A stretch of DNA of 64,000 bases from Candidatus Limiplasma pullicola (GTDB lineage Bacteria; Bacillota; Clostridia; Christensenellales; Aristaeellaceae). Where the stretch lies: assembly GCA_018710985.1 (NCBI GenBank), contig DVIV01000005.1, forward strand, positions 1,210 through 65,209, read 5' to 3'. The notes beneath the pieces are model-generated. The model was given only the letters and a program-made list of their open reading frames with translations, was not told the DNA's origin and ran no database searches. How positions within the stretch are numbered: position 1 is the first letter of the stretch; each line of letters begins with the position of its first letter. A program made the translations under genes and the position numbers. Of the stretch, positions 51,488 through 59,052 are shown in pieces.

Positions 51488-51536
51488 GAAATGACTTGTA
51501 ACAAAAAAGCGCCCCCGGCGCGGGGCGCGCAAGCGG

Positions 51537-51902
51537 TTATTTGGCGCGGGGCTTGAAGGCCAGCGCGATCAGCGTGCCGAAGAACACGGCTGCTGCGATG
51601 CCGCCCGCCGTGGCGCTCAGACCGCCTGTGAAGGCGCCGATGAAGCCGATTTCATCCACGGCGCTCATCACCCCCTGGCACAGCGCGTGCCCGAAGCCCG
51701 TGAGGGGCACGGTTGCGCCCGCGCCGGCAAAGTCCGCCAGCGGACCGTACAGGCCCACGGCGCTGAGCAGCACGCCCGTGAGTATGTAGCATACCAGAAT
51801 GCGGGCAGGCGTGAGCCGCGTGCGCAGCACCAGCAGCTCGCCGATGGCGCACAGCGCGCCGCCCACCAGAAAGACCTTCAGATACATCCAAAGTAGCGAC
51901 AT
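51537..51902 (-). CDS. spoVAE: Stage V sporulation protein AE (SpoVAEB-type)
   Basis: ..FLVGGALCAIGELLV.., ..GAGATVPLTGFGHAL... Follows spoVAD. Confidence 0.85.
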   Translation of the reverse strand: MSLLWMYLKVFLVGGALCAIGELLVLRTRLTPARILVCYILTGVLLSAVGLYGPLADFAGAGATVPLTGFGHALCQGVMSAVDEIGFIGAFTGGLSATAGGIAAAVFFGTLIALAFKPRAK

Positions 51903-51923
51903 GGGTTTGCCTCCATGGTTATG

Positions 51924-52955
51924 TCAGGGTTTTGGGGACTCCAGGACGACCGCGTGGGCGATGCCGGGGATGGTTTCGCCCTGCTGGCTGCTGGTCACGC
52001 TCATCAGCGCGCCCGTGGCCATAAAGATGATGCGCCTGAGCTCCCCCCGTTGGAGGGCGGGCAGAAGGCTTGCGCACAGCACAGACGCGCTGCATCCGCA
52101 GCCGCTACCCCCGGCGTGCGCATCCTGCCGCTCACGATCGTAGATCATCAGGCCGCAATCGCGGTGGAGACGTTCCTCCAGCGGCATGCGCTGCTCGCGC
52201 ATGAGCTGCAGCAGCAGATCGCGCCCAACCTGCCCCAGATCGCCGGTTACGATCAGGTCGTAGTCCGCAGGCCGGGTATGGGTGTCCGCCATCAGGGCCA
52301 GCAGGGTGTCGGCGGCGGCGGGGGCCATGGCCGCGCCCATGTTGTTGGCGTCAGTCACGCCCAGGTCCACCACGCGGCCCATGCAGATACGCGCGATCTG
52401 GGCCAGCGGCGGGACGGAGGGCTGCAGGCTCAGCAAAGCCGCGCCTGCGCCGGTTACGGTCCACTGCGCCGTGGGCGGGCGCTGGGAGCCAAATTCCAGC
52501 GGAAAGCGGTACTGGCGCTCAGCGGTGCAGAAATGGCTGCTGGCCGCGCAGACCACGGTGGAGGCGTGTTCGCCGTCCAGAAGCATGCCTCCCAGGCACA
52601 GGCTTTCGGCCATGGTGGAACAGGCGCCATAAAGCCCGATAAAGGGAATCCCCAGCTCCCGCGCGGAAAAGGAGGCGGTGATGATCTGGTTGAGCAAATC
52701 GCCGCCGAGAAGAAACTGCACGTTTTCGGGTTTCAGACCGCCCTTGAGGATGGCTTTGCGGATGGCGTCCAGGTACAGGCGCTTCTCCGCCAGCTCAAAG
52801 GTCTCCTGCCCGTAGAGCTCATCCTGTGCCACATGATCGAACAGCGCTCCCAGCGGCCCCTCGCCCTCTTTTTTACCCACAAAGGCCGCCGATGCGCACA
52901 CGGCGGGCCGGAGCGGAAGTTCAATGGTTTGCAGGCCGGTGCGCTTGAGCGGCAT
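51924..52955 (-). CDS. spoVAD: Stage V sporulation protein AD (thiolase-like fold)
   Basis: About 340 aa. ..VGKKEGEGPLG..FD.., ..GACSTMAESL... Lies between spoVAC and spoVAE. Confidence 0.85.
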   Translation of the reverse strand: MPLKRTGLQTIELPLRPAVCASAAFVGKKEGEGPLGALFDHVAQDELYGQETFELAEKRLYLDAIRKAILKGGLKPENVQFLLGGDLLNQIITASFSARELGIPFIGLYGACSTMAESLCLGGMLLDGEHASTVVCAASSHFCTAERQYRFPLEFGSQRPPTAQWTVTGAGAALLSLQPSVPPLAQIARICMGRVVDLGVTDANNMGAAMAPAAADTLLALMADTHTRPADYDLIVTGDLGQVGRDLLLQLMREQRMPLEERLHRDCGLMIYDRERQDAHAGGSGCGCSASVLCASLLPALQRGELRRIIFMATGALMSVTSSQQGETIPGIAHAVVLESPKP

Positions 52956-52978
52956 GGCAGTTCCCTCCTCGCGTTGCC

Positions 52979-53437
52979 TTAATGGAAAAACAGAGCGTAG
53001 ATCACGCCCACCAGAACGGATGCGCCGATGCCGTATACCAGCACCGGCCCCGCGATGGAAAACAGCCTGGCGCCCAGCCCCAGCACCAGCCCCTCGCGGC
53101 GGAATTCCAGCGCGGGCGATACCATGGCGTTGGCAAAACCCGTGATGGGCACGAAGGACCCAGCGCCCGCGTATTTGCCCAGCTTGTCAAATACGCCCAC
53201 GCCCGTGAGCAGCGCGGTGAGAAACACCAGGGAGATGCTGGTCAGGCTGGAGGCTGCGCGCGCGTTCATGTCCAGCCAATGGACGCCCGCATCCGCGATG
53301 GCCTGGCCCAGCACGCAGATGAGGCCGCCCACCCAAAAGGCGCGCCCCAGCCCCGCGCCCAGGGGCGAGGGGGGCGAGAGCTGCTCGGTGAGCCAGGAGT
53401 AGTGCTGGGGATTGGTATGAACACGCTGCTTATCCAT
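52979..53437 (-). CDS. spoVAC: Stage V sporulation protein AC
   Basis: ..FWVGGLICVLGQAI.., ..AGAGSFVPITGFANAMVSPALEFRREGLVLG.. closely parallels B. subtilis SpoVAC. Confidence 0.9.
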   Translation of the reverse strand: MDKQRVHTNPQHYSWLTEQLSPPSPLGAGLGRAFWVGGLICVLGQAIADAGVHWLDMNARAASSLTSISLVFLTALLTGVGVFDKLGKYAGAGSFVPITGFANAMVSPALEFRREGLVLGLGARLFSIAGPVLVYGIGASVLVGVIYALFFH

Positions 53438-53606
53438 GCTGCCCGCCTCCGTTGGGAAGGGCAGACGGACGTCCCTGCCCTACGGGCGGCGGGTCACGGC
53501 GGTAGATTTCCCGCTCCGTGGGACGTGGCCCGTGGGCCAGCGCGGACGGCGCGAAGGTGACGCGCTTGACGCTCATGCAAAACCCTCCATTCGTTGCTTT
53601 CGTTTC

Positions 53607-53636
53607 AAGTATGCCGCGCGGGGTTGAAAAGCATGC
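53607..53636 (-). promoter_or_regulatory. Forespore-type (sigma-G/F-like) promoter candidate for spoVAC-AD-AE
   Basis: Minus strand: GCATG (53636..53632), 18 nt, CATACTT (53613..53607). Compare the consensus GHATR-N17/18-CATNNTA. Confidence 0.35.
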
Positions 53637-53693
53637 ACGCCGATTTGCAAAGAAAGGCGAATGGAAAGCAGTCTTCAAAAATGGTTTTGTTGG

Positions 53694-53722
53694 TTGATCT
53701 TTGTAAAAAAATATGATACGAT
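53694..53722 (+). promoter_or_regulatory. Sigma-A-type promoter candidate for the beta-helix surface protein gene
   Basis: TTGATC, 17 nt, TACGAT. Confidence 0.4.
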
Positions 53723-53799
53723 GTAAAACTGAAAAGGAGATTGCTGGTAACACAGACGGCGGCTCGCTTCCCAAAATAATTTGAAAAAGGGGATTGCAA

Positions 53800-55176
53800 A
53801 TGAAAAACAGAATCTGGATACTGCTGGCGCTGATCATGACCCTGGCGTTTGTGCCGCTTCTGGCCGGAGAAGCGGAGGGAAAACCCGACGATGATTCTTT
53901 CGGCTTAAATACGGTGTACTACAACGGGAAGTATTATCCGACCCTGAAGGAAGCACTCACGGCCGTGTACATGAGCAAGCCGGCAGGCGTGGCGGAGCTG
54001 TATTGCAAAACCGGCGCCGACGTGGGTCCCCTCACGCATGGGCATGTGGCGGATGATATCATTATCTACGGAAACGGAGCCAGGGTGTCCGGCGGCGAGT
54101 ACGATATGGAAATCGATACTTACATGTTTGACCGCAACACAGGCAATCAAAGCGAGACCGGTTCCTTTCTGGATAAGGACATCACCGTCAAGGTATACGA
54201 CCTCAACGGCATCGCGGCCTGGGGCCAGCGGAATACGAACCATACGATCAACCTGTATTTTGAAAACTGCAAGAACATGAACCGCATCTACTTCACCAAC
54301 ACGGCCAATGACAAAGGCCGCATCAACGTCACCCTCAGCGGCTGTTCCTTTGACGCCAATCAGGGGAGTAATGCCAATACGTCTGTTTACAGCAACGCCC
54401 CCGGAGACATTCTCATCAGCGATACCACGTTTACGGATATTGCCGTGGGACTGAACATCAACCACAAATCGGCGGGCGTTCAGAATATTACGCTGGAAAA
54501 CTGCACCTTTACCGATTGCGCGCTGAGCGCGAGCACCAAAACCTATGGTGCGCCCGTTCGCATCGTGGCACGGCTCGGCGCGACGACCAATCTGACCGTC
54601 GAAGGCGCGAAGTTCCATTACAGCGCGGGCAATCAGAACGTCGGAAACGGCGATGTCCTCATCGGGGACGGCCGCTACGACGCGCCCGAAAAGCAGGGCA
54701 CCGTGACCCTGCAGATGACGGACACCGAGGCGGACGTGGTGGTGCAAAAGGCAATGTATTATGATGAGGCGGGCAACGTGACCGATCCGCAGAAGGCCCA
54801 GACGACGGTCGTTTCCCGAAGTGATATGCTGATAGCGGATACCGATAACCACTTCATATTGGACTGCCACGATCAGATCAGCCTTGTTGGCGAAAAGCAG
54901 GCAACCTGTATCGCAGAAGGCTATACAGGTGACAGGGTTTGCAGCGTGTGCGGCATGGTGGTGGAGAAAGGGAAGAGCATCCCCAAAACGGAGCACAATT
55001 TCCAGAATGGCGTATGCACCATGTGCGGCATGGCGCAGCCCAGCGAACCTGCCGCCGTGCCGCCCCGGACGGGCGAGGGCAACCAGCGGACCCTTTGGCT
55101 GGCTCTGCTGCTGGTATCCGGCGCGTGCCTTGCGGCAGCGGTGCTTGCCAGAAGAAAAGGCAGGCATCAGGCATGA
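53800..55176 (+). CDS. Cell-wall-sorted surface protein with a right-handed beta-helix-like region, Cys modules and a PPRTG sorting signal
   Basis: Signal peptide. Repetitive N..T/..G..N-rich segments (beta-helix-like). CIAEGYTGDRVCSVCG and HNFQNGVCTMCG. Then PPRTG (55060..55074), a hydrophobic helix and RRKGRHQA. Confidence 0.75.
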   Translation: MKNRIWILLALIMTLAFVPLLAGEAEGKPDDDSFGLNTVYYNGKYYPTLKEALTAVYMSKPAGVAELYCKTGADVGPLTHGHVADDIIIYGNGARVSGGEYDMEIDTYMFDRNTGNQSETGSFLDKDITVKVYDLNGIAAWGQRNTNHTINLYFENCKNMNRIYFTNTANDKGRINVTLSGCSFDANQGSNANTSVYSNAPGDILISDTTFTDIAVGLNINHKSAGVQNITLENCTFTDCALSASTKTYGAPVRIVARLGATTNLTVEGAKFHYSAGNQNVGNGDVLIGDGRYDAPEKQGTVTLQMTDTEADVVVQKAMYYDEAGNVTDPQKAQTTVVSRSDMLIADTDNHFILDCHDQISLVGEKQATCIAEGYTGDRVCSVCGMVVEKGKSIPKTEHNFQNGVCTMCGMAQPSEPAAVPPRTGEGNQRTLWLALLLVSGACLAAAVLARRKGRHQA

Positions 55177-55184
55177 GCCCCCAG

Positions 55185-55221
55185 CGCTCGCGGAATGCTG
55201 GTTCCGCGAGCGTTTTCTTTT
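55185..55221 (+). terminator. Rho-independent terminator
   Basis: CGCTCGCGGAA-loop-TTCCGCGAGCG followed by TTTTCTTTT. Confidence 0.8.
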
Positions 55222-55338
55222 GGACGGAACGCCACGTCGACAGGCCCTGCATAACGCCGTCCGCGCCTGTCGGGCGGGAGACGGTGCGAAAGTGAGCGGA
55301 TCAGCGACCATTTTTTCACTGAAAACATGCCTTTTATC

Positions 55339-55367
55339 TTGACATGGGGCGGCACGTTGGCTATACT
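55339..55367 (+). promoter_or_regulatory. Sigma-A promoter of rpmH
   Basis: TTGACA, 17 nt, TATACT. Confidence 0.6.
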
Positions 55368-55450
55368 AGAATAGTTGTTTTGTGGTATCCTGCGTGCTGC
55401 CAACGCTGCGCGCGACGCCATACATTGATTTCTGTAAGGAGTGTTTACTG

Positions 55451-55585
55451 ATGTTCCGTACCTATCAGCCCAAAAAGCGCCAGCGCAGCAAGGTGCACGG
55501 CTTCCGTGCCCGTATGTCCACCAAGAACGGCCGCCGTGTGCTGGCCGCCCGCCGCCGCCGCGGCCGCAAGGTGCTCAGCGCCTGA
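55451..55585 (+). CDS. rpmH: 50S ribosomal protein L34
   Basis: [44 protein letters not shown]. Confidence 0.95.
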   Translation: MFRTYQPKKRQRSKVHGFRARMSTKNGRRVLAARRRRGRKVLSA

Positions 55586-55713
55586 TTGCGCCTGACGGCT
55601 TCATACGCATGGTTCGGCAAAGCCCGCCCCATTTCTGATATCGGGTGAAGTGGGTACGGGCTTTTCCGATACCGCCCAAAAGCGCGCAACCCGGAAAGGA
55701 CGATGGCAAGGTC

Positions 55714-56061
55714 GTGCAAAGGCAGAACCGTTTGGGCCCCAACCGGCAGTTCAGCTATGTCTACCGCCGGGGCAAGCGGGTTTCCACCAGGGATCTGACG
55801 CTGCTGTATGTGAAAAACAGGCAAAAGCGCGTGGGCTTTTCGGTGAGCAAAAAGGTGGGGGTGGCTGTGGTGCGCAACCGCACCAAGCGCCGTCTGCGCG
55901 AATGCGTGCGCCCGCTTCTGGAACGTATGAACGGCGGCCTGTACGTATTCGTGGCGCGGCCCTCCGCGGCGGAGCAGTCCTTTGCACAGCTCAACCGGCA
56001 GGTGGGCCAGCTGCTTACCCGCGCTGGTACGCTCGCTGCGCCTGATCACAACACGCCATGA
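55714..56061 (+). CDS. rnpA: Ribonuclease P protein component
   Basis: ..[50 protein letters not shown]. The GTG start is uncertain (the ORF opens at 55645). Confidence 0.8.
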   Translation: MQRQNRLGPNRQFSYVYRRGKRVSTRDLTLLYVKNRQKRVGFSVSKKVGVAVVRNRTKRRLRECVRPLLERMNGGLYVFVARPSAAEQSFAQLNRQVGQLLTRAGTLAAPDHNTP

Positions 56062-56297
56062 AGCGCGTCCTGTTGGGTCTCATCCGCTTCTACCGGATGC
56101 ATATCAGCCCCCACACGCCGCCTGCGTGCCGCTTCCAGCCCACATGCTCGCAGTATGCCTACACGGCGATTGAGCGCTTCGGCGCACTGCGGGGCGGTTG
56201 GCTGGCGCTGAAGCGGCTTTTGCGCTGTAACCCGTTCTGCAAAGGCGGCTACGACCCCGTCCCCGACATCCCGGATACCACATTAAGGAGGGAATGA
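56058..56297 (+). CDS. yidD: Membrane protein insertion efficiency factor YidD
   Basis: [53 protein letters not shown]. Confidence 0.9.
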   Translation: MKRVLLGLIRFYRMHISPHTPPACRFQPTCSQYAYTAIERFGALRGGWLALKRLLRCNPFCKGGYDPVPDIPDTTLRRE

Positions 56298-56303
56298 CCC
56301 CCG

Positions 56304-57284
56304 ATGAACGACTTTCTGGTCGCAATCCTCAATGGCATCAACTCCGTCATTCACAACTACGGCTGGAGCATGGTCGTCTTTACGATTCTGATCAAGCTGA
56401 TCCTGCTGCCCCTGGACTACAAGAGCCGCAAGAGCATGCGCCGCATGACCAAGCTGCAGCCGCAGATTGCCAAGCTGCAAAAGAAATACGCCAACGACAA
56501 GGAGAAGCTCAACCAGAAGAGCGCCGAGCTCTACCGCCGCGAGGGCATCAACCCCATGAGCGGCTGCCTGCCGATGCTGGTGTCCATGGTGATTCTGTTC
56601 ATCATGTTCGCCGCCATGCGCACCGTGGCCAATACGGAGATGGCCAGCCAGGCCCTGAACCTGCTGACCACCGGCACGCAGACCAACGAAAGCTGGCTGT
56701 GGATCAAGAACATCTGGATGCCCGACAGCCCCTTCAATCCCGTCATTGCCGACAGCGCCAACCTGCGCGTCATCCCCGCCGATATCTGGGCCAAGGTGTT
56801 CGCTTCGCTCGATCCGGCTTCGGTGACGGCGCTGGCGCAATACGGCATCGACGCCGCCACCATCAGCGGCGAAACCGTCTTTGCGGCGCTTCAGACCTTG
56901 CCCATCTACGCGCAGGAGACGCAGCTGTGGGCCACCATGCCGCAGATCAACCTGCTGATCGTCAATTTGAGCATCTACGCGCACAACAACGGCTGGTTCA
57001 TCCTGCCCATTCTGGCCGCCGTCACCCAGTATCTGATGACGCTGTCCCAGCCGCAGACCGCCGCCGCCGATCCCAACAATCCCGCGGCCGGTACCAACAA
57101 GTTCATGAAGTACTTCTTCCCCCTGTTCTCGCTGTGGATCTGCTCCAGCTATAACGCGATCTTCGCCCTCTACTGGGTGGTCAGCAACGTGTTTGCGTGG
57201 GTGCAGGGCCTGGTGATGAACAAGATGTTTGAGAAGATGGACGAAAACCAGGTTGAGACCGCAGGGGAGGGAACGTTGAAATGA
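56304..57284 (+). CDS. yidC: Membrane protein insertase YidC/OxaA
   Basis: ..GWSMVVFTILIKLILLPL..KS..SM..M..LQP....LQKKY.., ..GINPMSGCLPMLV... Confidence 0.9.
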   Translation: MNDFLVAILNGINSVIHNYGWSMVVFTILIKLILLPLDYKSRKSMRRMTKLQPQIAKLQKKYANDKEKLNQKSAELYRREGINPMSGCLPMLVSMVILFIMFAAMRTVANTEMASQALNLLTTGTQTNESWLWIKNIWMPDSPFNPVIADSANLRVIPADIWAKVFASLDPASVTALAQYGIDAATISGETVFAALQTLPIYAQETQLWATMPQINLLIVNLSIYAHNNGWFILPILAAVTQYLMTLSQPQTAAADPNNPAAGTNKFMKYFFPLFSLWICSSYNAIFALYWVVSNVFAWVQGLVMNKMFEKMDENQVETAGEGTLK

Positions 57285-58198
57285 GGTCTGTGGAATCCAG
57301 CGCCAAAACCATGGAAGAGGCCGTGACCCAGGGACTTGAAAAGCTGGGGGTCTCCTTTGCGGATGTCAAGATCGACATTCTGGATGAAGGCAGCAAGGGA
57401 TTTCTGGGCATTTTGGGCGGCAAGCCCGTGGTGGTACGCCTGACCGTGCGCGAGGACGTCGAGGGCGGGGAGGACGTGCTGTCCTCCGTCGCGCTGGAAG
57501 ATGCCGTCAAGGAGCCGGAGCAAAAGCCTGCCCGCAAGCGCAAGCCCAAGGCTGACAAGCCGGAGGACAAGCCGGAAAAACCCGCTGCGCAGGAAAAGGC
57601 GGACCAGCCCAAGGCCCACAGGGCCGAAAAGCCTGCCAAAGCGCCCAAAGCCGAAAAGCCCGCGAAAGCGGAGAAGGCGCCCAAGGCGGAAAAGCCTGCC
57701 AACCCTGTGCCGGAGGCGGCGCAGCCCCCTGCCGATGCAGAGGCGCCGGAGGGCCGCGCCTTCACCTTCCTGACGGACGTGACCCGCCTGATGGGCGTGG
57801 AAGTCACCATCAACGCCCGTCGGGACGAGGAAGGCAATGTCCGTGTGGATATGTTCGGCGACACGCTGGGCATTTTGATCGGCCGCCGCGGCGAAACGCT
57901 GGACGCGCTGCAGTATTTGACCAGCCTGTATGTCAACAAAGGCAGCGAGGATTACATCCGCGTTACGCTGGACACTGAAAACTACCGCGCCAAGCGGGAG
58001 GAGGCGCTGCGCCGCCTGGCCAACCGCATGGCCAACCGCGCCGTCAAGACGGGCCGCAAGGTGGTCATGGAGCCCATGAACCCCTACGAGCGCCGCATCC
58101 TGCACAGCGCCCTGCAGCAGAACGACGCCGTGACCACGCACAGCGAGGGCGAGGAACCCAACCGCCACGTGGTCATCACCCTCAAGCAGCAGAACTGA
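57281..58198 (+). CDS. jag: Jag/KhpB RNA-binding protein (Jag_N, KH, R3H) with a K/P/E/A-rich insert
   Basis: N-terminal ..SAKTMEEAVTQGLEKLG... C-terminal ..MEPMNPYERRILHSALQ... (R3H). Low-complexity insert at about 57518..57750. Confidence 0.85.
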   Translation: MRSVESSAKTMEEAVTQGLEKLGVSFADVKIDILDEGSKGFLGILGGKPVVVRLTVREDVEGGEDVLSSVALEDAVKEPEQKPARKRKPKADKPEDKPEKPAAQEKADQPKAHRAEKPAKAPKAEKPAKAEKAPKAEKPANPVPEAAQPPADAEAPEGRAFTFLTDVTRLMGVEVTINARRDEEGNVRVDMFGDTLGILIGRRGETLDALQYLTSLYVNKGSEDYIRVTLDTENYRAKREEALRRLANRMANRAVKTGRKVVMEPMNPYERRILHSALQQNDAVTTHSEGEEPNRHVVITLKQQN

Positions 58199-58216
58199 CG
58201 GCCCGCAGCAGGCCTG

Positions 58217-58254
58217 AAAAGCAGTCGTGGAGGCATGTTCCACGGCTGCTTTTC
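58217..58254 (+). terminator. Rho-independent terminator after jag
   Basis: AAAAGCAGTCGTGGA-loop-TCCACGGCTGCTTTT (one mismatch) running into TTTTC. Confidence 0.7.
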
Positions 58255-58279
58255 TCAGGCGCTTTCATCCGCACATGCC

Positions 58280-58308
58280 TTGTGAGGAAACAAACGTTGT
58301 GCTATAAT
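58280..58308 (+). promoter_or_regulatory. Sigma-A promoter of rex. The -35 coincides with a Rex half-site-like TTGTGA
   Basis: TTGTGA, 17 nt, TATAAT (preceded by TGC). TTGTGAGGAAACAA only partly matches the TTGTGAA-N-TTCACAA Rex box. Confidence 0.5.
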
Positions 58309-58397
58309 AGAAAATGAATTTTCAGACAAATGTCGCGGAGCGGCCCAAAGGGGGGGAGGCCGCTGCTTTGACAGCTCGGAATGGAGGAACGTTCGCT

Positions 58398-59027
58398 ATG
58401 GCAGGCTATGTATCCGAGGCGGTCATCAAGCGGTTGCCCGCCTACTACCGTCATCTCAAGGAACTGGAAAAAGAAGGCATTCATCAGATCTCTTCCCAGG
58501 GACTCGGCAATCGCATGCACCTGACCGCATCCCAGATTCGTCAGGACATCAACTGCTTCGGTGGATTTGGCCGGCAGGGATATGGCTATTCCGTCAGCGG
58601 CCTGCGCGAGCACATCGGCCACATTCTGGGCGTGGACCGCACGCACCGCATGATCATCGTGGGCGCGGGCAACATAGGCCGTGCAGTGGCGCTTTCGGAC
58701 TCCTTCCCCGCCAACGGCTTTGAAACCGTCGCCATTTTCGATAACGACGAAACCAAGATCGGCATGACCGTAGGCAGCCTGACCGTGCAGGATGTGGCAG
58801 AGCTGAAACGTTATCTGGATGAGAACACGGTGGACATCGCCGTGCTGGCGGTGCCGGTTTCGCATGCGCAGCGGATGGTGGAAGTGCTTTGTGAACGCGG
58901 AGTCAAGGGCTTCTGGAACTTTGCGCCGCTGGATCTGAAGGTGCCGGAGGGAACGTCCGTAGTGAATGTGCACCTGGACGAAGGCCTTGAGATATTGAGT
59001 TTCCGCATGCTCAGGGAACTGGCCTGA
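58398..59027 (+). CDS. rex: Redox-sensing transcriptional repressor Rex
   Basis: VIKRLPAYYRHLKELEKEG...SSQGLG......ASQIRQDINCFGGFGRQGYGY, IVGAGNIGRA. Confidence 0.9.
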   Translation: MAGYVSEAVIKRLPAYYRHLKELEKEGIHQISSQGLGNRMHLTASQIRQDINCFGGFGRQGYGYSVSGLREHIGHILGVDRTHRMIIVGAGNIGRAVALSDSFPANGFETVAIFDNDETKIGMTVGSLTVQDVAELKRYLDENTVDIAVLAVPVSHAQRMVEVLCERGVKGFWNFAPLDLKVPEGTSVVNVHLDEGLEILSFRMLRELA

Positions 59028-59052
59028 GCTGCGGCGGCAGGGAGGGTATTGG

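Noticed and set aside
48713-51556. 947-aa plus-strand ORF over the SH3b and M56 genes (likewise 6012..8417 over the alkylsulfatase, 59059..61032 over the vanW-like gene, and 1211..2818 and 3442..4995 over the first two genes)
   Set aside because: The opposite strands carry signal peptides, HExxH, MBL, VanW, DUF11 or sulfatase motifs and proper RBSs. These long ORFs lack all of that.
53430-53837. 135-aa minus-strand ORF upstream of spoVAC, taken as a whole
   Set aside because: It runs through the A/T-rich divergent promoter region and has no RBS at its first ATG. Only its last 48 codons, which have a GGAGGG RBS, are kept as a low-confidence observation.
55177-55450. Search for oriC/DnaA boxes upstream of rpmH
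   Set aside because: Only a terminator and a consensus promoter are evident. TGTGGTATC at about 55381 matches the DnaA box TGTGGATAA at only 5 of 9 positions, and there is no cluster.
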